This document shows, piece after piece, positions 1 through 64,000 of a DNA stretch of 64,000 bases. Both the position numbers and the translations under genes were made by a program. Under the pieces are notes generated by a model. It saw only the letters and a program-made list of their open reading frames with translations, was not told where the DNA came from and did not search any database. Numbering within the stretch: position 1 is the first letter of the stretch; each line of letters starts with the position of its first letter. The DNA is from Eledone cirrhosa. Lineage: Eukaryota. Location of the stretch: contig OZ024740.1 of NCBI GenBank assembly GCA_964016885.1, forward strand, positions 308,140,001 through 308,204,000. Direction: 5' to 3'.

Positions 1-179
1 TAGTGAATAGTTTGGTGCCTGGGAGGATGAACATAATAGAGATGATAAGAGGAGAGACAAGTGAATTGTGAGTGCTTGAGGGGAGGGGGCACAAAAACCA
101 ACCAGCTCTTAGAAACAGAGGCCCTTGTAGTAATGATAGAAAAAGTAAAAAACAGTGGAAACACATCTGTGGGCCAGAG

Positions 180-480
180 GATGGAGAGTGTTGGTAAACA
201 ACATTGTGCTAATCAGTTGGGTGGCCCTTTTTTTAATGTGGTCTAGAATGTGTATCTGTAGCAACAACACTGTCCCAGATGTAGTATGTATTCCATTGTT
301 GGTCTCACTTGAGCTTTAGAATTGCTGTGGGCTGAAATATTGTTTTATCTGAAAGGCAAAAACCAGTCTTTGTCATACAGTTGCTAAGTTGAGGATGTGC
401 ATTCGCCAGAAAAGATCCCTGTGATTGTGAAGCTTAGCACATCTACTGATGTTGGGAGATCGAGTGAAATGTTGTTGATG
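180..480 (-). mobile_element. Degraded CR1/L2-group LINE RT C-terminal fragment
   Basis: Minus strand reads KAQVRPTMEY, typical of the CR1-group RP.LEY region; frame broken. Confidence 0.5.
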
Positions 481-529
481 TTGTTCATTCCTTTAAGTGT
501 ATGAGACATATGTTTATTTTATTATGTGG

Positions 530-695
530 CTGGCATTAGGAAGGGCATCCAGCCATAGAAACCAAACCAGAACCAGTTCTGTTTGAGCAAGACATGGTCA
601 CCTGGTCTGATTTGTCTCACAACGGGACAACTTATCTAACCCATGCTAGCATGGAAAAATGGATGTTAAACAGATGATGAGGATGATGATGATGG
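530..695 (+). mobile_element. 3' tail of the window's main SINE/RTE family
   Basis: ttaggaagggcatccagc...aacccatgctagcatggaaaa..ggatgttaaa..(gat)n, shared with many other copies in the window. Confidence 0.7.
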
Positions 696-807
696 CTGAC
701 CTGGAGCTACACAGAAACTAATATTATATATGCCATAGGCTTGTTTGATCAAGACTGATTTGGATCTAAATAACTATAACTACATTGAAGCAAATTGTTC
801 TTTACAG

Positions 808-862
808 AGCTTCACCGAGAAAGTAACCTACAAATTAGAAGTTTCCAAGGCCCACACTTTAG
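808..862 (+). CDS. APOOL: APOOL-like exon (SFTEKVTYKLEVSKAHTL)
   Basis: tttacag acceptor, gtgagt donor, 55 bp, in phase with next exon. Confidence 0.75.
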
Positions 863-3800
863 GTGAGTATTACTTTAACTCATAACATCCTGTAATGATT
901 AAGCAGAAAATGTCTAAATTTAAATGTTTATAGTGTCTTTACTTGTGGACAGAAAATTGTTGTTAAAATTTGCAACATTAGGATAATGACTTTAATATAT
1001 AATATAGTCATAGAGCTGTTTTGTACTTTTCAAGAATGTTTTGCTCATGAGGTTTCATGTGGTACAGGATGTTAAGAGTTAAATGAGTGTTAATTTACTC
1101 TGAAACTTAGAATTTTACCTCCATACAGATTTATACTTTTGATAAGTGTTTAGAGAAATGTTATAAGTGTTGCACTCAGTGTGGAGATTGGTTCTGAGTA
1201 TTGTGTTGAGTGGAGACTGGTTCAGTGTGGTGTGTTAAGGGAATACTCAGTGTTGAGTGGAGACTGGTTCAGTGTGGTGTGTTAAGGGGATACTCAGTGT
1301 TGAGTGGAGACTGGTTCAGCGTGGTGTGTTAAGGGAATACTCAGTGTGGTGTGTTAAAGGGATACTCAGTGTTGAGTGGAGACTGGTTCAGTGTGGTGTG
1401 TTAAGAGGATACTCAGTGTTGAGTGGAGTCTGGTTCAGTGTGGTGTGTTAAGGGGATACTCAGTGTTGAGTGGAGACTGGTTCAGTGTGGTGTGTTAAAG
1501 GGATACTGGTTCAGTGTGGTGTGTTAAAGGGATACTGGTTCTGTGTGGCGTGTTGAGTGAAGACTGGTTCTGTGTGGTGTGTTGAGTGGGGACAGGTTCA
1601 GTGTGATGTATTGAGTGGAGACTCAGTATTGAGTGTTATGTATTGAATGAGAAATGTTGAGCAGAGAAACAAGTGATTTCACTTGTTTCTCTGCTCAAGT
1701 AAAGTAGATGACCAACAAAATATAACTATATTGTTATTTCCATTGCAGGTGTTATTGACTACATCCAGAATGATCCAAATGTACTAGCCCGAGCTGGAGT
1801 AATCACAGTGGCAGGTCTAGGTGGTATTGTAGCTGGCTACAAAGGTAGACTCACTTTTTTTTCACCCTGTCATATTTATTGAGTATTATTCATTTCTTGT
1901 ATATTATTCATTTCTTGTATATACTGTTTTTCCCATCATAGAAGATGCTTCACCCTCGAGGATGCGCCTCAACTTTGACAACCCAAAATTTGAAAAACAA
2001 TGATAAACATAAAAATAAGGTCCCTGCACTTCAGCTCTTGTTACCTAATTTTTTATATTTTGTTTATTTGCTACTTTAACTATGTATAATTTATACACTT
2101 CATGAAGAAGTTGTATACAAGAGTTCAGATTACTGTCTAGCATATTTTCCTCTGGGGTTAGGATATGCCTATGAGAAATGCAACCTTCGGTCTCCAGGAC
2201 TCATGATAGATTTTCAAGGCTTATTTTAGGAAAATAAGTCTTCAATGCCAGGAATACAGTAATTTCACTATTTACACAGAAAATCTTTACTCACTATTAC
2301 TTCAAACAGTTAAGGAATGAGGGGTTCATGTCTTAGGACTGCATTGTACCCATAGTCAAACACTTTCTGTAACCCTGTCCACCTAGCTGTACAGTAGTGA
2401 CTTGACTGTACAGCACCATCTTGAATCCTTTAAATGATGTGGGAACTTAGGGTGTTTCTTCTGATCCTCCTTAGGATAATCATCTCTCATGAACAGTTTC
2501 CTTCCAGGTTTTGATTAGATGTGTATCCTGGTGTTTAAAATAGGTACATCATATCTTTGCAGCCCTGATGAAAACCTTGAATCACTGTGCTGAATTTTTC
2601 TTTTCTCTTTGTTTCATGATTTTGTGTTTGAGTCTACCTTGTGACACAAATGTCTTCTACCATAACCTCGGGTGGTTATAAGTATTTATGTGTGAAATTT
2701 TGGAGACAGTAACTGTGTAGAGACCCATCACAGGAGCTGTTCCTGTTCATCAGTGGTAGACTGAATCTGTCAACTTGTTTAACACCATACCTGGCCTTTG
2801 GTCCGTTTAGTAGTGTTCATTCCATTGCAAGCAGGTTAAGTTTTCAGTTTAAGGATCTCTGACTTCCTTCCTCTTACCAGTCATAAAAGTCTTGAAAAGT
2901 GTCAGAGATGCTGTCCGTCTTCCTCTGATGAGTCCATTAAAAGTAAATGTGTATATATGAAAGTCTTTATTTTTTTTAGACTATAACAGCTAGTTATATT
3001 CCTTGTCTTTTAGGAGGTCGAATGAAGAAAGTGACATATAGCACCATAGCCATTCTGTCTGCAGCTTCACTCTGCTACCCAAAACAGGCAGCTAATGTCA
3101 CGCACACAGCATATGATGGAGTTGTTTCTCAGAGCTGCAAACTGTGGAAGATCATAACTACATCACCACGTATGTATAGTTTCTTGAACGTTAATATTGA
3201 CACAACAAGAATCACCGTGGCCATGTTGGTGACATGACAAAAAAAACACCCAGCCCTACCTGTATGGTGGTTGTGTTGATAACATGACAAATAACACCCA
3301 GTCCACCCTGTAAGGTGATCATGCTGGTGACATAATGAAAAAATAACCAATGCAACTTATCAGTTAGTCGTTTTTGTGCCATGATAAAAAAGCACCCATT
3401 TCATGCTGTAAATGTCTTCTTTGTGTTATGAAAATTGTAGATGAACTGCATGTAACTCTTTATATTTTTGTCTTAAAAATTGGTAATGTGACATAGAGTT
3501 AGTGCAGTGTCAGTAATTTGGTATCACTTCATGATATTAACAGTACAGAATATATTTTTAATCATGCTGTAAAATAATTTTTAACCCCTATGAGGCACAT
3601 CAGCTGAATGACAGCAAGTTAACTTCACTACAGTCAGAACTGCATGTTTTTTTCTTTTAGTTAACTTATGCATATATTTTTTTGAAGCTCTAAAGCAAGA
3701 TAAATATATTCTGGTCGGAAATTAATTAATTTGTGTGCATTATGGTGTCATGTAGTTATTTACCATCTACACTAAATCTACACCTCCAGATGATTCTGGA

Positions 3801-6710
3801 TGTTGATAGATATATACACATACATACTGAGAGAATGTGTGTAGCTCTGAATGAGACCCAACTTAGTCAAAATTATGGTCCTTCGTTTATTAAACATGTA
3901 TGTTTTCCCTGTGGGTTATAGCCCCCAAACTGTTTTACAGCACGGCTAGAAACATATTTTAATCTAGAGAGTGTGTTGAAGTGATTACAATATTGCAGAG
4001 GTTAAATAACTACACAGAAAATCTTTTTAAGACAGTAGGGTATGATTTGAGAGTATTTGGTTGCTATTTCTAGCACATCAAACAGTTGTACTGAATGGGA
4101 ACTTCTGTAGAGACTTGATAACATGAGATGTCATTACAGTAAAGACATGTCTGAAAAGGGAAGCTTTGATTGTGCACTATAGATATAGTAATAACATCTT
4201 TTACAATAGCTACATCTATCAAATAAATTTCAATGTCATATTTTGTCCCTTCAGCTGCACCACAACCTGAGCCTGTCACAGAACCTGCAGTGAAAGAACC
4301 AGCCTCTACAGAGAAACGAACTGAGAAAAATGTTTTGGTAAGTTTTACCTTGTTTTTCTACTTCCTTAGGTAAACCAACCTTGTGTGACTGCCTCTTTTT
4401 AACTTGCCCTGTCTTTCTTATTTCCATACTTTTAACCTCCAACAAACTAAATGTTAGCTTTCACCATCAAACCACTACAATATCTACCACATATTAATCA
4501 TCTACTACATTTTAATTCCACCATATGTTACCTTTCAACCTACTGTAGTTACAGCATTGCCTAGCACATATAACACACTACTGTCTACTATATTTGTCAT
4601 AAAGAAACATATGTGGTTGTTCACCTTGCAAGAAATAACAATCAAATCTTTCTCAAATTGCACCTAATCTTTAAAGAAAGTAAGGATACATTGGATAATG
4701 CTGTTGTAGATACAGTATGTCTGAAAATAGATGGGATGGTCGTAGCTGAAATGTCTTTGATCATAGGTTTGCTCTATCTAGGCTATACCAATATCAATTC
4801 GTAATAATTTCCACATAAAATCAGGCAGTTTATGTACATGTGAGGAAGGGGTTACTAGTGGACTGTTTGTTAAGACAAGAGGAATAGGTCAAATATCCAT
4901 ATACTAAGACTTCACTGACTGTTTCTTTTTTGTGCTGGTCACCATTGAGATCTTTGATGTCCTCAATCTCTGGATTGCTATTTTCCTCCACAAAATCAGG
5001 AGGAGTGCCTCCTGCCTGAAGCAGTGTGTGTTGCTGGCTGTTTTCCACAGCAATGTTTTTACCATTTTGACCGCCAAGTACAGCTGGGATAAACTACCTA
5101 GCTAAAGGTGTCGAGTTTGACCCTTCCTTCCTCCTCCTCCTTTTCCGATTTTATTTCTCTTTTCCTGTTTATTATGTGAAATATTTATGCTAATAAAATT
5201 TCATTTAGAAAATATTGTGTTCTAAAAATATAAAACATAAAAAGTTAGTAATTCAGATGTATATTTTAAAAAATGTTAAAGCTTATCTCATCAGGCCAGA
5301 GCTTATCCCAGTTTCATGAGGTGTTAAGCAACTGGGAGTACTAGGCTGGCTATTGCAACATCAACTGCTAATATGGTAAAGCAGCACCAAATTGATCTAC
5401 TGATCGCTCCTTTCTGTTGTATCTTAGAATCATTTAACAAACTATTGTCTCCACTAATCTGTATTGTATCAATGAATCCTACTCAAGTTCTGCTGGAATT
5501 TTTAAGGGCCAACCCAGTGCTTAGTTCTTGTTTCATAGTGTTAAGTGAATGATAGAGAAATTTCCTCCTGGGTTGGAAGCTGATCTATCACAGTTAACAT
5601 TCACTACCAGATGATCTGGTAGTTTTTTCTTTAGGCAGAGCAGCTATGTAAACACGGCAAAATTAAGTAGTCTGCTCATAGACACACCAAAACTCCTGTA
5701 GCATGTTATATCTCACAACCTATAATCAGGTTGATATTTGGCCAAGAACCTAACAACTGAATAAAACTGTGATCAAGAGTATTCCAGCTGTGACCATCCC
5801 GTCTTTTTTTCCTAGGCATAGTGTACCTCAGACTACATTATTTAATGTCCTTTCTTTTTTCAAGATTGTGGGATGTGATTTGTGAACCAGGTAAAGGTTT
5901 CTTTATTGGCTCGACCTTTAATTGTAATACAGGGACTATATAAGCAACATAAGTGGTCATCTACTAACCACACAAGGTCAGAAGTTGATTCCAGTGTTGC
6001 TGTATTGTGCCTCTCTAGGTAAAAATGCATTCTGTTTTCTAGTGAGTTTGTATGGTTAGCTTTATGAAAGTTACAGTATTTTTACAACTTGGTGCTGTAC
6101 ATATCACTAACCATGAAGTAATAATAGTACATGTTTTGAGGTAGGCAAAACATACTTCTATCACAAGCCTTATCTAGGTATATAGCATATGACTGGAACT
6201 AATATGTTTGTAGTCAGTAAGTCCAGCACCATAACCTCTCAATTACTCAACAAATAATGAAGTGCTTGAGACTGTCAGTCTGAATTCTTTCGGAGTTCTT
6301 TGACATCTTTACTGCTTTAACTTTTTTTAAAGAGTTGTTATTGTATTCCAGATGCTTAAAGTTTCCTTTAATCCTTGAGGGTTGACAGTTTATGATCCAT
6401 TAATAGCACTGTATCCATGGCCTAACACACCATTTTTGCTGGATCAGACTGCTGAGATACAAAAGGGGGCTTTAGGACTATTTCATTGGGATATAGTGTT
6501 CAATTTCTATAAAGAAGATAATAGAAAACTGGTATTAAAGGACTGTAAAGAAAATATTTCAATATTTGTAAGGTTTTCATGATGTTGCTTGTTTCTTTTC
6601 AACACCAGGTCAGCCTTAGCAAGACAGATAGTTCAAAATTGAAACCAGTTGAGAAAGACTTTGGGCAAAGCTCAGAAGAAGATAAAGACCTTTACACAAC
6701 TCGAGGTTAA
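808..6710 (+). CDS. APOOL: MICOS complex subunit MIC27/MIC26 (apolipoprotein O-like), 3' part; join(808-862,1749-1844,3014-3169,4255-4337,6609-6710)
   Basis: All junctions are GT-AG and phases chain 1,1,1,0. The translation ...ARAGVITVAGLGGIVAGYKGGRMKKVTYSTIAILSAASLCYPKQAA... matches the ApoO-family glycine-rich TM hairpin. The C-terminus DFGQSSEEDKDLYTTRG* matches the APOOL-type end (DHGQS..ED.D.YSTR). The N-terminal exons are outside the window. Confidence 0.9.
879..1078. mobile_element. TTAA-flanked MITE (piggyBac/Kolobok-like)
   Basis: TTAA at 875-878 and 1079-1082; TIRs ctcataacatcctgta / tacaggatgttaagag; a diverged opposite-orientation copy at ~38795-39015. Confidence 0.6.
1176..1640 (+). 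repeat. 47-bp minisatellite (gtgttgagtggagactggttcagtgtggtgtgttaagggratactca) with ~25-bp half units
   Basis: Unit starts at 1203, 1250 and 1297; later units are partly deleted and degenerate. Confidence 0.9.
1749..1844 (+). CDS. APOOL: APOOL-like exon (GVIDYIQNDPNVLARAGVITVAGLGGIVAGYK)
   Basis: cattgcag acceptor, gtagac donor, 96 bp. Confidence 0.88.
3014..3169 (+). CDS. APOOL: APOOL-like exon (GGRMKKVTYSTIAILSAASLCYPKQAA...LWKIITTSP)
   Basis: cttttag acceptor, gtatgt donor, 156 bp; family motif ASLCYP. Confidence 0.9.
4255..4337 (+). CDS. APOOL: APOOL-like exon (PAPQPEPVTEPAVKEPASTEKRTEKNVL)
   Basis: cccttcag acceptor, gtaagt donor, 83 bp; bridges phase 1 to phase 0 as required. Confidence 0.8.
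6609..6710 (+). CDS. APOOL: APOOL-like terminal exon (VSLSK...DFGQSSEEDKDLYTTRG*)
   Basis: polypyrimidine tract plus ccag acceptor; TAA at 6708-6710; conserved C-terminal motif. Confidence 0.9.
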   Translation, partial: VSLSKTDSSKLKPVEKDFGQSSEEDKDLYTTRG

Positions 6711-6834
6711 CCAAAACATTTTGTAATTATCTACATTTAATATTTATTTTCCACAAGTTGTCTGAAACTAGAAATCTGAGATATAACCATCTCTGTATAT
6801 AAATATATAATCTGAATTGATATGATGGAATTTA

Positions 6835-6840
6835 AATAAA
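6835..6840 (+). promoter_or_regulatory. Candidate polyadenylation signal AATAAA for the APOOL-like gene
   Basis: First AATAAA downstream of the stop. The region is AT-rich, so this may be chance; others lie further downstream. Confidence 0.3.
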
Positions 6841-9204
6841 ATCTTGTTATACAGACCATATAACATCTGAGTTGGTTTTAAATATCAAAGCAGAACAAAA
6901 CCATGCATCCTTGTTTTCTCTGATGACTGGATCATAATAAATTTAAACAGATATTCATCATTTATGATTTCAATTTGCAGACTTTCATACTTTTCCCAGT
7001 ATGATTTTGTTTCTAAAACAATCCAGCAATTAACTAAAGGGGATACATAAAACATATTTTGCAAAAGTCACAACTATAAAGTCTTTTAACCAATTTTTAT
7101 TTGTTTCTCTATGTGGACCACTTCCATTACTGAATCCCAAACAGTGGTCTGAAGACAGAATAAAAAAAAAAAAACTACCAGGCCTAAAATTGTAATGATT
7201 CAGAATTTGATATAGTGGAACTCAACGCATACATGTGCAAACAAGCTTATTGCAAAAGTTAAGCAACTCACTGTGATAGTTAGGATACTGGTGTTCAAAT
7301 GAATACTTGCTGTCTTTGGGTTTTTATTTCCATTGATTGCTTACTAATGTAAAAAGGGGCTCTTGATTGTATTCAGTTTATATGGGGGTTTGTACTGATA
7401 TTTAATGATTGGTAGGAATGATAAAAAGAAAAAAAATATAGATATCAATTTTTCTTTTAAGGAGTAAACAGTTCAAATGTATATGACTTATTGCTGTAAG
7501 ACTTTATACAGATAGATGTCTGCTCAAAGTTTATCCTGATTTCAGCTTGACAGACTGAAGTTAAATTGTGTACAATAATTATAGAAAAATTTAAACTTGT
7601 GACTTTATTATTAGTAATCCAGCACCTTAGCCTCACAAACACAGTATCATTGGAGAGGTATTTTGGTGTAGTCAGGGACAAAAATATATATCTGTTATAG
7701 AATTTATAGCCCTTTTAGAGGTTATTCTTAAAATATATTACATTCAAAATCTGTCAGAGACAACACTATTAAAATGAAGTATCACAACTTTTCTGTCGAC
7801 TGAACATGCATTACGCTTGATAGAAATTTCAATCCTAAGCAACTAGTTTCAACTATGGTCTGTGTTTCTATTATGCATGAGCTTCTAAGTAATTCAGGCC
7901 AAAATACTGCCAAGTGGTCATGTTAAAGAAATCTACATTTGGTTAAATATAACAATGCAGGGACATCTATGGTGTTGTGTGTGTTTTAAAAATACAGTAT
8001 ATGCTTTAGAAGTGGAAGCAAATAGAATATGTATATAATTAGATGTATGGATATTAACACTGCCACACCTCCAAATACTGGGCTTTTGAATTCTGTTGTG
8101 CTACATTCTTGGTAAAAATGTCTTATTGCCAAGCTTTCCTTTAATTAGATAGGTCAGGTAAAATAAAAACAAAGTTTTGTTTTTATACCTGGATATAAGA
8201 AAGTCATCTCAATCAGCTGGTTATTTGCAGCTAACTTTATCAAACTGCCATTGAAAAAATAATATTGCAAGTGAACTAGTGTATACTTTATTTTAGCTGA
8301 TTATGAGTGAATTCAGGTAGGTAGTGATATATACTCAATGGTGTGTGTAAAAAATTCTAAATAAATTTCTCGGTTGGAGAAAAAAGAAATAATTGTTAGC
8401 GACTCTCAAAGAAAAGGAGATATATTTTCAATAAATTAAGAATAAATTTCACAGAAAATTCCATTTTCATGTTTGGTTGAAAAATCTGACTTCTGTTAGC
8501 AAGCAAGGTGACATCTCTGGACATGCTTCAATTATATTTGATTTGATCAGTAAATGTCCTCTGGTTAAAGCAGACTTGAGAATATACTTCACTGATGATG
8601 TTTAATAAGGTCGAAACAACTGTTTCTGCTTGTTTTATGTTCTCACAATAAACGTGAACATTTAATTTTCTGTGAACTAACCTGAATTATCGAAGCTCAT
8701 ACCATTGATCCACTTGAGTTACTTCCAATGGCTTCCTATTTATAATTATGTTAACCTGGTTTAATTTCCAATAATGATGTGACCTGAACTCTAAGTGCAG
8801 CTACACTATTATTACTGATGACCCTGGAAATGAAATACCATTTCTGATATCACAAAACTATATTTGGACAATGCAAAGTTTAAATAGTTGCTGAACCAAT
8901 CACAAGACATATTTTCTGTTTACATAACATTATTCAAAATAAAGAGAAAAAAAAATTAGCTCTATGAACTGAAACTAAAGTAATATTTTGGATAACCATA
9001 TTAAAGTATGTTGGTATCAATAAAAGGTATCCCTACTAATATGATCGATCATTCAACGGACGGAATCAAGTTTAACACATGTCCCATCTTGAATTAAATA
9101 TCTGGGAAAGGGATAATTTAGTTGCATGTCATTTATGTTGAGGATAATATATAACATACGTCTTTAGTAAAGACAGCATTGGAAATATGAATTGTTAATA
9201 TTTG

Positions 9205-9360
9205 TCTGAGTTAAACAGCAGGCAAGGTAACTGGTAACAATAACATGCTCCGAATTAAACAGCAGGGGAGATAACTAGTAACAATAACATTTCCGAGATA
9301 AATGGCAGGGGATAAAACTGATAACAACGTGGCGGAGTTAGGTGAAAGGGGAGATAACTT
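9205..9360 (+). repeat. Degenerate ~43-44-bp tandem repeat (ttaaacagcagggragataactrgtaacaataacat)
   Basis: 3-4 diverged units starting near 9211, 9255 and 9298. Confidence 0.6.
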
Positions 9361-9654
9361 AAGACAGCTAAACGTTCTGAATAAAATAGGAGATTCAGAA
9401 ATATATTTTCTTAAGTAACTGTCAACCTGAGTGATATGATCAATATTCCAGATATTTCCCTAAAAATTTGGAGTGTAAAACCTGCAGCCAATAATGGTTA
9501 ATCAGTCACCTCACATCTCGACGATGAAGAATTGTACTGCTCTATATACATACATATAATATATATATATGTGTGAGTGTATGTACGTATACATATCTGT
9601 ACGTATATATAAGCATGCATATGTATACATACATAATACACACACACGTATACA

Positions 9655-10180
9655 TATATATATATATACAAGATCTATATATATATATACACACACATAT
9701 ATATATATATATATATAAGATCTATCTATATATATATATATAAGATCTATATATATATATATATAAGATCTATATATATATATATATAAGATCTATATAT
9801 ATATATATATAAGATCTATATATATATATATATAAGATCTATATATATATATATAAGATCTATATATATATATATAAGATCTATATATATATATATATAT
9901 AAGATCTATCTATATATATATATAAGATCTATCTATATATATATATAAGATCTATCTATATATATATATAAGATCTATCTATATATATATATAAGATCTA
10001 TCTATATATATATAAGATCTATATATATATAAGATCTATATATATATATAAGATCTATATATATATATATAAGATCTATATATATATATAAGATCTATAT
10101 ATATATATATAAGATCTATATATATATAGATAGATCTTATATATAGATAGATCTATCTATATATATATATATATATATAT
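9655..10180. repeat. Compound (AT)n-AAGATCT minisatellite
   Basis: About 20 AGATCT hexamers separated by variable (AT)n. Confidence 0.95.
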
Positions 10181-10746
10181 GCATAGCTGAAAAACTATGA
10201 TATCTCATGAGTGGATGGGATTCATGTGGAAAACATTTAAAACAAATACATCACAGGGCAGATTGAACATACAATAGGGAAAGTTGATTGTTTAGTTATA
10301 GATCAACCTGGTGCAAGAATATTGTGATCAAAAGAGTTCCAGTCATGGCCATCCAATGTTTTTGGTGCTATCTAGAGCTGTATTATCTGGAGGGTGTGAT
10401 TTGAAGCAAATTTGGATTCCAATTCTAGCAGGTTGAGCAACCTCATTGGGGCTCCTTTGTTGGCTTGTTGGTTGTTAAGTATAATAGGTGTCACAGTGAG
10501 TTTTCTCTCCCTTTCACTCTTGTTTTACATTATATTAAATAGAGACATACACTTACACTCATACACGCACACACAGACATATTTGCACATGCACACAGAC
10601 AAAGTTGTTTGTATATATATATATATATATGTGTGTGTGTCAGGTAGTGATGAAATTGTGGTGAGGATGTTGACAGTAATATCATTAGTATCACTGATAC
10701 CACTAAACTCTCATTCTACACAGCCACTGACTACCAGCATGTTCTT

Positions 10747-63520
<52,774 letters not shown>

Positions 63521-64000
63521 TTCTTGATAGAATCTTTTCAACAGGAAGCTAACATATTGGAGCTAATTATGTAGCAGATAGATTGACATCAATAAGAGGC
63601 TGGTTCCTTACGACACAAATGTAACAAGTGAAGATAAAAAAAAGAAAGAAATCAAAACACGTGATAAGGATGGAGCAGCTATTAGAAAGATCCTGGACAT
63701 GCTGTCTCCTTAGGGCAGTTTATAATTTCTAAGATTGTCTCGTTTAAAGCTTTTCTTTTTAAAGATAAAAACAGAAATGGATTTCTTTTCAATTCTTTAT
63801 CGTTTTCTGTATCACAGGCAAAGGTATCAATAATATGTATATGTTTTGATGAAGTAGCGGTAGAGGCAGCAGCAGTATCAGCAGGGATAGCAACAGTATC
63901 AGCAGATGCTGCAGTGGTAATGTAACATTTGGATATAAACAAAGGCAGGTTAGTTGACATGGTTAGTCATTAGTGGATAAGTGCAGAAGATAAAATCTGA

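Noticed and set aside
1176-1640. Repeat array and ORF 1257-1451
   Set aside because: Plain minisatellite without spacers; the ORF is a by-product.
2920-2965. ctgatgagtccat...gaaa motif
   Set aside because: No closing stem II or cleavage-site pairing.
8588-8625. Hammerhead-like CTGATGA...GAAA-caactg-tt
   Set aside because: Stems I and II do not pair; at best a decayed relic.
63682-63960. 92-aa ORF upstream of SLC12A8
   Set aside because: Contains (GCA/GTA) low-complexity sequence and has no SLC12 similarity; likely intron or UTR.

Overview
AT-rich eukaryotic genomic DNA with many introns and repeats. The SINE/RTE repeat families and huge (AT)n/(ATAC)n tracts suggest an octopus or other coleoid cephalopod; this is inference. 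Two convergent spliced genes were reconstructed by hand from GT-AG junctions with consistent phase. (1) The last five coding exons of an APOO/APOOL (MICOS MIC26/MIC27) gene on +, 808-6710; the 5' exons lie outside the window. (2) An apparently complete 13-coding-exon SLC12A8 (CCC9) gene on -, 63520-10747, 726 aa, with a 32.9-kb intron after the first coding exon. The introns hold CR1, RTE and CRE-like non-LTR retrotransposon pieces, tRNA-derived SINEs, piggyBac-like and hAT MITEs, and mini/microsatellites. Most notable: a ~500-bp foldback carrying an intact minimal type I hammerhead ribozyme motif on both strands, plus related palindromes and hammerhead relics; a CR1 inserted into an SLC12A8 splice acceptor, displacing the polypyrimidine tract; a U6 snRNA pseudogene with an internal deletion; an RTE insertion flanked by a ~150-bp direct repeat; internally deleted CR1 and RTE derivatives; and a head-to-head cluster of young RTE copies in a ~10-kb microsatellite block. 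The long Y/I/M/C/V-rich ORFs in the track are microsatellite artefacts.
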